A program made the translations under genes and the position numbers. DNA of 64,000 nt, taken from Alphaproteobacteria bacterium. Lineage in GTDB: Bacteria; Pseudomonadota; Alphaproteobacteria; SP197. The first letter of the stretch is position 1; every line of letters begins with the position of its first letter. Of the stretch, positions 48,979-58,197 are shown one piece after another. The DNA is taken from assembly GCA_009694045.1 (NCBI GenBank), contig SHVY01000004.1, forward strand, positions 3,866 to 67,865. Direction: 5' to 3'. A model generated the notes under the pieces. It was not told the DNA's origin and searched no databases. It saw nothing but the letters and a program-made list of their open reading frames with translations.

Positions 48979-49819
48979 CGCGGGGGCGCTGCCGCCGCTG
49001 CGCGACGTCATCGCCCGCCACGGGATCCGCGCCCGCAAATCGCTGGGGCAGAACTTCCTGCTCGATGGCAACCTGCTGGACCGCATCGCCCGCGCGGCCG
49101 GCGACCTCGCCGATTGCGACGTGGTCGAGGTCGGGGCAGGTCCCGGCGGTCTGACCCGCGCCCTGCTCGCCCGCGGCGCCCGCAGGGTGATCGCCATCGA
49201 TCGCGACCCCCGTTGCGTCGCGGCCCTCGACGAGCTCGCGCATGCCCACCCCGGTCGGCTCGAGGTCATCGCCGCCGATGCGTTGGACCTCGATCTCGCG
49301 ACCCTCGCCGATCCTCCAATCAGGATCGTCGGCAACCTGCCGTTCAACGTGGCCACGCCGCTGCTGCTGCGGTGGTTGGCGAACGCCGAGCGCTACCGAT
49401 CCATGACCCTGATGTTCCAACGCGAGGTCGTCCTGCGTCTGGCCGCCCGTCCCCGGACCAAGGACTACGGCCGCCTGAGCGTGGTGGCGCAATGGCGCTG
49501 TGCCGTGCACCGGCTGTTCGATGTTCCCGCCCGGGCCTTCGTGCCCGCCCCGAAGGTCACGGCTTCCGTCGTCGATCTCATCCCGAAGGCGGGGCCGATC
49601 ACGCCCGAATTGGCCGCCGCCATGGAACGGGTGACGGCCGCGGCCTTTGGCCAGCGCCGCAAGATGCTGCGATCCTCGCTGAAGGCCCTGGGCGTCCCGC
49701 TGGGACCGTTGTTCGCGGCGACGGGGATCGGGCCGACCGCCCGGGCCGAGGAACTGGACATCGACCGGTTCGTCGCCCTGGCGCGGGAATGGTTGCCAGC
49801 GCGGGTGGTTTCGCGGTAA
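48971..49819 (+). CDS. rsmA: 16S rRNA (adenine1518/1519-N6)-dimethyltransferase
   Basis: KSLGQNFLLD...VVEVGAGPGGLT...NLPFNV is the KsgA family signature. Confidence 0.9.
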   Translation: MPNAGALPPLRDVIARHGIRARKSLGQNFLLDGNLLDRIARAAGDLADCDVVEVGAGPGGLTRALLARGARRVIAIDRDPRCVAALDELAHAHPGRLEVIAADALDLDLATLADPPIRIVGNLPFNVATPLLLRWLANAERYRSMTLMFQREVVLRLAARPRTKDYGRLSVVAQWRCAVHRLFDVPARAFVPAPKVTASVVDLIPKAGPITPELAAAMERVTAAAFGQRRKMLRSSLKALGVPLGPLFAATGIGPTARAEELDIDRFVALAREWLPARVVSR

Positions 49820-50010
49820 ACGTCCGGCCCGGCCCATGGCGGGCCGTCGCCGAGGAATGTTCGGGGCCATCGTCCATGTTGATCGGCCGGATCGCGCGAC
49901 GACGACGAGACTGAACCTCGCCAGCTTGGCCAGGCGATGGCGTTGCGCGCCCCCAGCCGCCCCGCGAGAGCCCATGGCTCTCGCCCTCACTTGTGTTCTC
50001 CTGGACATCA

Positions 50011-50132
50011 AGTGGTCCGACCCAAACGCTTTGCTCCCAAGCCTTGTGTTTGGGACGGACCACAAGGTGAGAGTCTCGACTTGGGGTTCGGCGCGACGGA
50101 TCGGGATCGATCCGTCGGAGTCGAACCACTAG
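50011..50132. repeat. Palindromic intergenic repeat, family 1, copy E (modules 1+2)
   Basis: AGTGGTCCGACCCAAAC...GTTTGGGACGGACCAC, then GGTGAGAGTCT, then the CGACGGATCGGGATCGATCCGTCG hairpin, ending ...CCACTAG. Confidence 0.8.
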
Positions 50133-50199
50133 GACGGTTTCGATCGCGCGCGTCGGCGGTCCTCGCCCCGATCCGACATGTGCGCCAGGGGAGTCCCCG

Positions 50200-50712
50200 A
50201 TGATGCAGATCCGTGAAGAAACGCCGACCGACGGCCCGGTGATCGCCGAACTCGTCCACCTGGCTCTTGGCACCAGGGCGACCGACAGCCCCGCCGCGCG
50301 TATGCGCGCCGGCATGCGACCAGTTGCCGGGCTCTGCCTGGTCGCTGCCAATGGCACGGGCGCCGTGGTGGGAACCTTGCGCTTCTGGCCGGTCCGGATC
50401 GGCGGCGTTCCCGCCTTGCAGTTGGGCCCCCTGGCCGTGCGGCCCGAACGCCGGGGCGAGGGGTTCGGCAAGGCCCTGTTGCGCGCGGGTCTCGAGCTTG
50501 CGCGCGGAGCCGGGCATCGGATCGTCGTCCTGATCGGCGATCCCGCGTATTACCGCCCCTTCGGCTTCGAGACCGCCCTGTCCTTGGGCATCCGCCTGCC
50601 CACCAGCTTCGACGAGGCGCGCCTCCAGGTCCTGGCCCTCACCCCTGGAGCCCTCGCCGGGGTCAGCGGGGTGGTGGGTCCAGCCGCAGGAGATCGGCGA
50701 CCAACGCGATGA
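50200..50712 (+). CDS. GNAT family N-acetyltransferase
   Basis: ...LAVRPERRGEGFGKALLRAGLELARGAGHRIVVLIG... is the acetyl-CoA-binding motif A. Its 3' end overlaps the convergent gmk by 50 bp. Confidence 0.65.
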   Translation: MMQIREETPTDGPVIAELVHLALGTRATDSPAARMRAGMRPVAGLCLVAANGTGAVVGTLRFWPVRIGGVPALQLGPLAVRPERRGEGFGKALLRAGLELARGAGHRIVVLIGDPAYYRPFGFETALSLGIRLPTSFDEARLQVLALTPGALAGVSGVVGPAAGDRRPTR

Positions 50713-51313
50713 GGCCCTCCTGCCGGGTGCGTTTCAGGCGTTCCGCCGCGAGGATCGCCAGAACCCCCGCCAGGCTGGTGCCGACGTCCTGGTTCACGAT
50801 CACGTAGTCGTACTCGTCCCAGTGGCTGATCTCGCCATGCGCCTGGGCCATGCGGCGGTGGACCGTCTCCTCGCTGTCCTGACGGCGGGAGCGCAGGCGG
50901 TGTTCCAGCTCGGCCGTGGACGGGGGCAGGATGAACACGGTCACCATGTCCGCGCGCATGGTCTTGGCGAGTTGGCGCGTACCCTGCCAGTCGATGTCGA
51001 ACATCATGTCCCGGCCCGCGGCCAGCGCCGCCTCGATCGGGGCACGCGGGGTGCCGTAGTGATGGCCGAAGACCAGGGCGTGCTCGAGCAGGTCGCCGCG
51101 TGCCACCATCCCGTCGAACGCCGGGCGATCGACGAAGACGTAGTCCGTCCCCGCGCACTCGCCCGGACGCGGTGGGCGCGTGGTCACGGACACCGACATC
51201 CCGAGGTTCGCATCGGCCTCCAGGAGCCGGCGCGAGATCGTCGTCTTCCCGGCACCGGAGGGCGACGAGAGAACCAGCATCAAGCCGCGTCGGCGGGCGG
51301 TATCCTGGTTCAT
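50663..51313 (-). CDS. gmk: Guanylate kinase
   Basis: LMLVLSSPSGAGKTTI is the P-loop; ...SVSVTTRPPRPGE... Confidence 0.9.
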   Translation of the reverse strand: MNQDTARRRGLMLVLSSPSGAGKTTISRRLLEADANLGMSVSVTTRPPRPGECAGTDYVFVDRPAFDGMVARGDLLEHALVFGHHYGTPRAPIEAALAAGRDMMFDIDWQGTRQLAKTMRADMVTVFILPPSTAELEHRLRSRRQDSEETVHRRMAQAHGEISHWDEYDYVIVNQDVGTSLAGVLAILAAERLKRTRQEGLIALVADLLRLDPPPR

Positions 51314-52179
51314 TCGATGTTCTGCACCTGCTCGCGCAGCTCGTCGATCGCAACCTTCAGTCCGACGCCGTGACGGGTCAGCTCCAGATCCGTCGATTTC
51401 GACGTGAGCGTATTGGCCTCGCGATGCAGCTCCTGACAGAGGAACCCGAGCTTGCGCCCCACCCGCTCGGCTCCCCCCACCAGGGACCGAAGCTCCGCCG
51501 TGTGGGCGGCCAACCGATCCAGCTCCTCGCGGATGCTGCCGCGGGTGACCAGCAGGGCGACCTCCTGCGCCAACCTCTCCTCGGCCAGGCCGGTGCGCGC
51601 ATCCAGCGCGCTCGCCAGGGCCTCCGCCAGGCGCCGGCGCAGGGCCTCCGGCTGCGCCGCGGCACTGCTGGCCGCAGCCGCCGTGTGACCCCCGATGGCG
51701 TCGAGCAGCGTCACCAGGATCGCGGCCAGCCGCTCCCCTTCCCGCCGCCGGGATAGGTCGAGTCCCGCGAGCGTCTCCCCCAGCGTGCCGACGATCGCGG
51801 CATCACGCCGGTCCCGTGCCTCCTCGGATTCGTCGTCGCTGGGCTCGACAATCCCCGGCAGTCGCAGCAGCCCGTCGAGGCTGGCCGGTCCGACCGGACC
51901 CCGGATATCCACGTCACGCAGCGCCTCGAGCACCTGATCGAGCAGGGCCCGGTTCACCGCCAAACGCCTCTGGCCCGGCTGCCGCTCGACGGTCAGCGCG
52001 ATGGTGAAGCTGCCGCGGCCGAAACGCTCCGCCACCCGGGTCCTGGCGATCGTCTCCAACGCGTCGAATCCCGGCGGCACCCGGCAGCGCACGTCGAGGC
52101 CGCGGCCGTTGACGCTGCGCGCCTCCCAGGTCCACTGGTAACGCGGGTCCTGGCCCGTGGCACGGGCAAATCCGGTCAT
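51310..52179 (-). CDS. YicC family stress-induced protein
   Basis: SMTGFARATG... is the YicC_N pattern, and the C-terminal ...CQELHREANTLTSKS... is the DUF1732 pattern. It overlaps gmk by 4 bp. Confidence 0.75.
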   Translation of the reverse strand: MTGFARATGQDPRYQWTWEARSVNGRGLDVRCRVPPGFDALETIARTRVAERFGRGSFTIALTVERQPGQRRLAVNRALLDQVLEALRDVDIRGPVGPASLDGLLRLPGIVEPSDDESEEARDRRDAAIVGTLGETLAGLDLSRRREGERLAAILVTLLDAIGGHTAAAASSAAAQPEALRRRLAEALASALDARTGLAEERLAQEVALLVTRGSIREELDRLAAHTAELRSLVGGAERVGRKLGFLCQELHREANTLTSKSTDLELTRHGVGLKVAIDELREQVQNIE

Positions 52180-52265
52180 GCTCGACAGCGCCACCCGTTC
52201 CCCCTCGTCCGCTCCGACCCGCTGCTTAGTATAGTCTGCGCCGCTTGCCAACCCGGGGCCTCGCC

Positions 52266-53030
52266 ATGCCGTCCGAGCCGACCAGCCTGCTCATCACCGG
52301 CGCCAGCAGCGGGCTCGGTGCCGCGCTCGCCGAGCTCTACGCGGCACCCGGCGTTCGCCTGGCGCTCAGTGGCCGCGACCAAGGCCGCCTGATCGCCGTG
52401 TCCGAACGCTGTCGCGCGAAGGGCGCGGACGTCGGCCCCCGGATCGTCGACGTCACGGACCGCGCCGCCATGGCGCGATGGATCGGCGAGGCGGACACGG
52501 CGCGTCCCCTCGATCTCGTGATCGCCAATGCGGGCGTGTCGGCCGGAACCGGATTGGGCGGCGAAAGCCCCGATCAGGTCCGCCACATCCTGGCCATCAA
52601 CGTCGACGGCACCTTCAACACGATCTTGCCGGCGATCCCGGCCATGGTGGGGCGGGGCCGGGGACAGATCGCCCTGATGGCGTCGCTGGGGGCGTTCCGG
52701 GGTTTCCCGGGCGCCCCGACCTACTGCGCGAGCAAGGCGACTATCAAGGTCTACGGCGAAGCCTTGCGCGGCGATCTCGGATCCAAGGGCGTGCGGGTCA
52801 ACGTCATCTGCCCGGGATACGTCGACACGGCGATGACGCGGGTCAATCGCTTCCCCATGCCGTTGCTGATGGACGCTGAGCGCGCGGCCCACATCATCAG
52901 GCGCGGGCTGGCCAGGGATCGCCCGCGCATTGCCTTTCCGTTCCCGCTGTACGTGCTGGCCTGGCTGGCTGGGGCCCTGCCGCCCGCGCTCATCGACCCC
53001 GTCCTTGCCCGGCTGCCCAGGAAGATCTAG
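52266..53030 (+). CDS. SDR family oxidoreductase
   Basis: LLITGASSGLGAAL is the Rossmann motif TGxxxGxG; ...YCASKATIK is the catalytic YxxxK. Confidence 0.75.
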   Translation: MPSEPTSLLITGASSGLGAALAELYAAPGVRLALSGRDQGRLIAVSERCRAKGADVGPRIVDVTDRAAMARWIGEADTARPLDLVIANAGVSAGTGLGGESPDQVRHILAINVDGTFNTILPAIPAMVGRGRGQIALMASLGAFRGFPGAPTYCASKATIKVYGEALRGDLGSKGVRVNVICPGYVDTAMTRVNRFPMPLLMDAERAAHIIRRGLARDRPRIAFPFPLYVLAWLAGALPPALIDPVLARLPRKI

Positions 53031-53075
53031 CCGGCTGCATTGGCCGAAGGGTCAAGCTCTGCTACCGTCGGCGGG

Positions 53076-54125
53076 ATGACCGTGCGCCCCGACGACCATC
53101 TCATCCCGACCTTCGATCTCGGGCCCCTGCTCCGTGGGGCGACGGGCGCCCATCAGCGGATCGCCGAGGCCATCCGCCTGGCGTCCGAGAATGTCGGCTT
53201 CTACGCCCTGGTGAACCACGGCGTCGCGTGGGACCTGGTGAAGCGGGCCTTCGCCTGCGCCGCGGCGTTCCACGCCATGCCCCTCGACGACAAGCTCAAG
53301 CTCGCCGTCAGCCGCCACGATCTCGGGTACATGGGGCTGGGCAAGAGCGTCACCCGCACCTCGGCGATCAACCAGAACACCAAGCCGAACTGGAACGAGG
53401 CCGTGTTCTTCGGCCGTGATCGGCAGCCCGACGACCCGGACGTGATCGCCGACAAGCCGTTCTGCGGCATGAATCAGTGGCCGACCGGATTGCCCGGGTT
53501 CCGCGAGACCGTCCTCGCCTACTGCGCGGCGCTGGAAGACCTGGCGCTGCGCATGGTGCCCCTGTTCTCGACCAGCCTTGGTCTGCCGGCGGACTTCATG
53601 GACCCCGCCTTCCGGCCGCCGGAGTTCGCGTTGCGCATGTCGCACTACCCGCCGGTCGAGGCCTACGGGGAGAACGAATTCGGATCGGCCCCGCACACCG
53701 ATTCGAGCCTCGTCACCTTCCTGCCGCAGTCGCCGATCCCCGGGCTCGAGATTCGCACCCGCGACCATCGTTGGCTGGCGGCGCCCATGATTCCGGGCAG
53801 CTTTCTGGTCAACAGCGGCGACATGATGCGGCGCTGGACGAACCACCGCTACCTGTCCACGCCCCACCGGGTGCGCAACCTGTCGGGGGTGGATCGCTAT
53901 GCCATCCCGTTCTTCTTCGATACCTCGCTCGACTACCCCATCGCCTGCCTGCCGACGTGCCAGGGGCCGGACAATCCGCCGCGCTACCCGCCGACGACCA
54001 TGACGGCGTATTCGGCCTGGTTTTCCCGGCGGAACTACGACCACCGCAAGCAGGAGGGCGTCACGCCCGGCACCGCCCCCGGCACCCTGTCGGACACCAG
54101 CCCCGGCGAGGAACTGCCCTCTTGA
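53076..54125 (+). CDS. 2OG-Fe(II) oxygenase, isopenicillin N synthase-like family
   Basis: The N-terminal DIOX_N-like region (IPTFDLGPL...) and the C-terminal HxD...H facial triad (APHTDSSLVTFLPQ...LSTPHRV) are present. Confidence 0.75.
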   Translation: MTVRPDDHLIPTFDLGPLLRGATGAHQRIAEAIRLASENVGFYALVNHGVAWDLVKRAFACAAAFHAMPLDDKLKLAVSRHDLGYMGLGKSVTRTSAINQNTKPNWNEAVFFGRDRQPDDPDVIADKPFCGMNQWPTGLPGFRETVLAYCAALEDLALRMVPLFSTSLGLPADFMDPAFRPPEFALRMSHYPPVEAYGENEFGSAPHTDSSLVTFLPQSPIPGLEIRTRDHRWLAAPMIPGSFLVNSGDMMRRWTNHRYLSTPHRVRNLSGVDRYAIPFFFDTSLDYPIACLPTCQGPDNPPRYPPTTMTAYSAWFSRRNYDHRKQEGVTPGTAPGTLSDTSPGEELPS

Positions 54126-54239
54126 CCGGCGACTTGCGGTTCGCCATCACTCCTTGAGTGCGTGCCATTGTCCCTCTCGCCCTCACTCCGATTCTAGCGG
54201 CCTGCCTCGCGGCTCTGCCGCCCCGCGTTCTTGAGGGAA

Positions 54240-54440
54240 CCTAGCGCAACGGCATCGTCTGGTACGACGCCCAGGATACAGCCGATTCGGTCAACGCTTT
54301 CGCTGAACGCTACTGTATCAAGCATGGACGCCATGCTTATTTGGCCGGCGAGGACAATCGGTATTTCTACCTGTACGGAGAGTCCGAAGGCGTCCTGGTC
54401 CCTGCCGGATATCGCCGCTCGTACGACTGCATCCTCTAAC
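54240..54440 (+). pseudogene. Orphan gene fragment within a 600-bp non-coding stretch (possible solute-binding-protein remnant)
   Basis: The start-less frame translates to RNGIVWYDAQDTADSVNAFAERYCIKHGRHAYLAGEDNRYFYLYGESEGVLVPAGYRRSYDCIL. It has protein-like composition and a stop immediately upstream, but no start codon. Confidence 0.3.
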
Positions 54441-54721
54441 CCGCCCGACACCGTTCGAAGCACGGCCCTACGAGCTTACCGATCCTTCCGCGTTCGTGCC
54501 TCCGGCACCAACGGCCTTCGGCGGGCTTCGCGCACGTCGTCCGATGGTTACGTCCTTCCGTCGTATCGCCCATGTCCACCCCGCCCTTACGGGCGGCGTG
54601 ATCAAGGTGGGCGAATAGGACGACTCCAGGACTAAGCCACTACCCGGCCCCCTGACCCCTGGCTGGAGGCCGCCGTCGCGCGCTACACTCCGGCGACAAC
54701 CGCAGCAAGGACCGCCACCCC

Positions 54722-55852
54722 ATGGCCCACGATAACGTCGCGCAGACCCGCACCATGCAGCCGCTCGATCCCGATCCGTCGCGGTCGTACACGCTGCCCG
54801 GTTGGGCCTACACCGATCCCGCGATCTTCGAGCGCGAACGGGAGGGAATCTTCTTCAAGTCCTGGCACTACGCCGGGGCGCTGGAGAACCTCGCCAAGGC
54901 CGGGGACTACGTGACCGCCCAGATCCTCGATCAGAGCGTGTTCGTCATCCGCGGTAAGGACGGCAAGCTTCGGGGCTTCTACAACGTCTGCCAGCACCGC
55001 GCGCACGAACTCCTCGCGGGCCGCGGCTCGGCCAAGGTCATCACCTGCCCCTACCACGCCTGGTCGTACCACGCCGACGGCAAGCTGCGCACCGCCCGGG
55101 GGTCGGAAAATGTCGATGGCTTCGACAAGAATGCGTTCTGCCTCAAGCCCGTGAAGGTCGAGGAGTTTGCCGGCAAGTTCGTGTTCTACAACCTGGAGCT
55201 CGACGCGCCGTCGCTGAACGAGCAGGCCGGCGACCTGGCCGAGGAGTTGCGCACCGAGGTCGTCGCCTATGACGAGCTGCGCTTCGCCTATGAACGCGGC
55301 GGGCCCATCCGCTGCAACTGGAAGGTCGCGATCGACAATTACCTGGAGTGCTACCATTGCGGTCCGGCCCATCCAGCCTTCGCCGATCTGGTGGACATGA
55401 AAAGCTACCGGACCGGCATCAGCGGCATCTGGTCGTCGCAGAAGGGCAAGCTCGGCCGGCCGAACAACAACGCGTATCCCGTCGCCGCGACGGACGCGGA
55501 GCAGGAGGCCCTGTTCTGGTGGCTGTGGCCGACCACCACGTTCAACGTGCTGCCGGGCTCGCCGGGCATGTCGGTCTTCAACTTCCTGCCCGAGGCCCCC
55601 GATCGCTGCGTCACGGTTGGCGAACGCTTCTACCTGCCGGGTCGCAACGCACCCAACGACGAGGCCCGCGTCGAGTACGGCCGCAACGTCCTGGGTCCGG
55701 AAGACACCGCGCTTTGCGAGTCGGTACAGCGCGGGCTCGGGTCCGAGGGTTACGGCCAGGGTCGGTTCATCGCCGACCTGAACGGCAGCGAGATCACCGA
55801 GCACGCCGTGCACCACTTCCATCGTCTCGTCGCCGAGGCGCTCGCGCTCTAG
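54722..55852 (+). CDS. Rieske [2Fe-2S] aromatic-ring-hydroxylating-type oxygenase alpha subunit (CntA/GbcA-like size class)
   Basis: The Rieske motif CQHRAHEL...CPYHAW is present. The C-terminal catalytic domain carries NYLECYHCGPAHP. At 376 aa it is short, like the quaternary-amine oxygenases. Confidence 0.8.
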   Translation: MAHDNVAQTRTMQPLDPDPSRSYTLPGWAYTDPAIFEREREGIFFKSWHYAGALENLAKAGDYVTAQILDQSVFVIRGKDGKLRGFYNVCQHRAHELLAGRGSAKVITCPYHAWSYHADGKLRTARGSENVDGFDKNAFCLKPVKVEEFAGKFVFYNLELDAPSLNEQAGDLAEELRTEVVAYDELRFAYERGGPIRCNWKVAIDNYLECYHCGPAHPAFADLVDMKSYRTGISGIWSSQKGKLGRPNNNAYPVAATDAEQEALFWWLWPTTTFNVLPGSPGMSVFNFLPEAPDRCVTVGERFYLPGRNAPNDEARVEYGRNVLGPEDTALCESVQRGLGSEGYGQGRFIADLNGSEITEHAVHHFHRLVAEALAL

Positions 55853-55865
55853 GGGAACTACTGGC

Positions 55866-56617
55866 ATGAAGGACACGGAAAGCCGTCACGGCTTCGGCGC
55901 GTCGCGCCTCGCGACCGCCCTCGTCATCGCCGTCGGGCTCTTGGGCGCGGGTTCGCTCGCCGGCCGGGGCGTGATCCAGACCCAGCTTCAGGAACGCTCG
56001 GTCACGGTCAAGGGCGTGGCCGAGGTCGAGGCCAAGGCCGATCTCGCCACCCCCCCTTGCGCTTCACGGTGACCGGGGGCGACCTGGTTTCGGCCAAGGC
56101 GGCGATCGACGCCCAGGTCGACACCGTGACGCGGTTTCTCGCGGATCACGGCTTTGCCCCGGAGGAGATCAGCCTCGGACGTCTCGAAGTGCAGGACTCC
56201 GCGACCTACGGCTACCAGCCCGACGCGGTCACCTCGCAGAACCGTTTCACCCTCGCCTACACGGTCACGCTGCGGACCACCAAGGTCGACGCGGTCGCGG
56301 CCATGGGCCGGCAGCTCGGCGACTTGGTGCAGCGCGGGCTGATCCTCGGCGAAACCGGCGGGCCGTTCTTCATCTTCACCGCCGCCCGCCTCAACGAGAT
56401 CAAGCCCGAGCTGATCCGCCGGGCGACCGAGGCGGCCCGCGCCGCCGCCCAGGAGTTCGCCACCACCTCCGGGGCCCAGGTCGGCTCCATCCGCCGGGCC
56501 AACCAGGGCGTCATCAGCGTGCTGGCCCGCGACGAATCGCCGACCGCCTCCGAGTACCAGTCGATCGACAAGCGGATCCGCGCGGTGACGACCGTCGAGT
56601 ACTTCCTGATCGATTAG
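55866..56617 (+). pseudogene. SIMPL (DUF541) domain protein interrupted by a frameshift in a poly-C tract
   Basis: ORF 55866..56072 holds the signal peptide and the RSVTVKGVAEVEAKADLA SIMPL N-terminus. ORF 56057..56617 holds the rest of the domain in the +1 frame. The junction is a C7 run at 56050-56056. Confidence 0.6.
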
Positions 56618-56622
56618 GGACC

Positions 56623-57413
56623 ATGGTCGATGCGGCCTTCAACATCGTCCGCTCGTGCCGCTACGGCCAGATGGTGTTCAACGTCAACGACCAATACGTC
56701 GGCCGATCGCTGGATCTCTACGGCGAGTATTCCGAGGGCGAAGTCGCGCTGTTCCGCCAGGTGGTGCGGCCGGGCGACATCGACGTCGACGTCGGCGCCA
56801 ACATCGGCACACATACCGTGGCCTTCGCGCGCCTCACGGGCCCGACCGGCGCGGTCGTCGCGTTCGAGCCGCAGCGGGTGGTGTTCCAGACCCTGTGCGC
56901 CAACCTGGCGCTGAACAGCATCACCAACGTCATCGCCCAGCAGGCCACCCTGGGCGCCGAGCCGGTGCACATCGTCGTTCCCAACATCGACTACGGCAAG
57001 GCCAACAACTTCGGCGGCGTGGCGCTCGGCGGATTCGCCCGCGGCGAGAAGGTGCCGGTGATCACCCTCGATAGCCTCGCCTTGCGGGCCTGCCGGCTGA
57101 TCAAGTCGACGTCGAAGGCATGGAGGCCGAGGTTCTCGCCGGCGCCAACGACACCGTCCGCCGCTGCCGGCCCCTGCTGTATGTCGAGAACGATCGCAAG
57201 GAGAAGGCCGGCGCCCTGTTGCGCGCCATCGACCGGCTCGGCTACGTGATCCATCGGCACGAGCCGCCGCTGTTCAATCCGGCGAACTTCCTCGCCAACC
57301 CGACCAACGTGTTCGGCAAGATCATCTCGCGCAACCTGCTCTGCGTGCATCGCGACCAGAAGCTCGCCGTCGCGGGCGGCCAGCCGGTGGCGGTTCCGGC
57401 GGAAGTCGACTAG
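56623..57413 (+). pseudogene. FkbM family methyltransferase interrupted by a 1-nt frameshift
   Basis: ORF 56623..57249 reads ...VITLDSLALRACRLIK then goes out of frame. ORF 57120..57413 continues (VDVEG)MEAEVLAGANDTVRRCRPLLYVEN. A missing G at ~57105 (ATCAAG-TCGACGTCGAAGGC versus the expected ATCAAGGTCGAC...) would restore the frame. Confidence 0.6.
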
Positions 57414-57438
57414 CATTCCCACGACGGAGGTACACCCC

Positions 57439-58116
57439 ATGCCCGACGATTCCCGATCCGCGGACCGCCCGACCCCCCTGCAACGCGAACTCGAACCCTG
57501 GTCCGACGCGCGCGAGGACCTGCACCGGCCCCTGGCCGACCCCGCGTGGGCCTGGGTCGCGGGCACCAGCATGGAGACCACGACGGCGGCCGAGTGGGGC
57601 ATCCTCGAACGGCAGGGCGACCTCTGGTTCCGCGACCGGCCCAGCCGCGAGATGCTGGCGATGCTCGAGGCGCAGAAGGACGAGACGGCCTACGGCCACG
57701 GGATGAACAACTACGGCCATTCGCTGCAGACCGCCACCCGGGCCTGGCGCGACGGCGCCGACGAGGAGGACGTGGTCGTCGCCCTCCTGCACGATCTCGG
57801 GCAGAATATCGCGCCCAACAACCATGGCGAATTCGGCGCGGTGGTGCTCCGCCCCTTCGTCTCCCCGGTCAATCACTGGCTGGTGAAGCACCACACCGTC
57901 TTCCAGCGCTATCACCGCCTGGAGCACCCAACCTCGGAGCGCGACACGCGCGAACAATACCGGGGCCACCCCGCCTTCGAAGCCACCGTCCGCTTCTGCG
58001 AACGCTGGGACCAGCCGGCCTTCGACCCCGACTACCCGACGCTACCCCTCGCGGCCTTCGAGCCCATCGTCCACCGCTTCTTCGCCCGCCCCCCGAGCTT
58101 CACCGACCCGATGTAG
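57439..58116 (+). CDS. HD-domain protein, PhnZ/MIOX-like
   Basis: YGHGMNNYGHSLQTATRAWRDGADEEDVVVALLHDLGQ has the H...HD metal-binding pattern. It resembles PhnZ-type HD oxygenases/phosphohydrolases, a comparison made from memory. Confidence 0.6.
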   Translation: MPDDSRSADRPTPLQRELEPWSDAREDLHRPLADPAWAWVAGTSMETTTAAEWGILERQGDLWFRDRPSREMLAMLEAQKDETAYGHGMNNYGHSLQTATRAWRDGADEEDVVVALLHDLGQNIAPNNHGEFGAVVLRPFVSPVNHWLVKHHTVFQRYHRLEHPTSERDTREQYRGHPAFEATVRFCERWDQPAFDPDYPTLPLAAFEPIVHRFFARPPSFTDPM

Positions 58117-58197
58117 GGCACTGTCCGCCCCCCTCACCCTCCCAACGCTGCGTGTCCGCGCGGCGAAAAACACCCGGACGCCGACGCGCCGCCTGAG

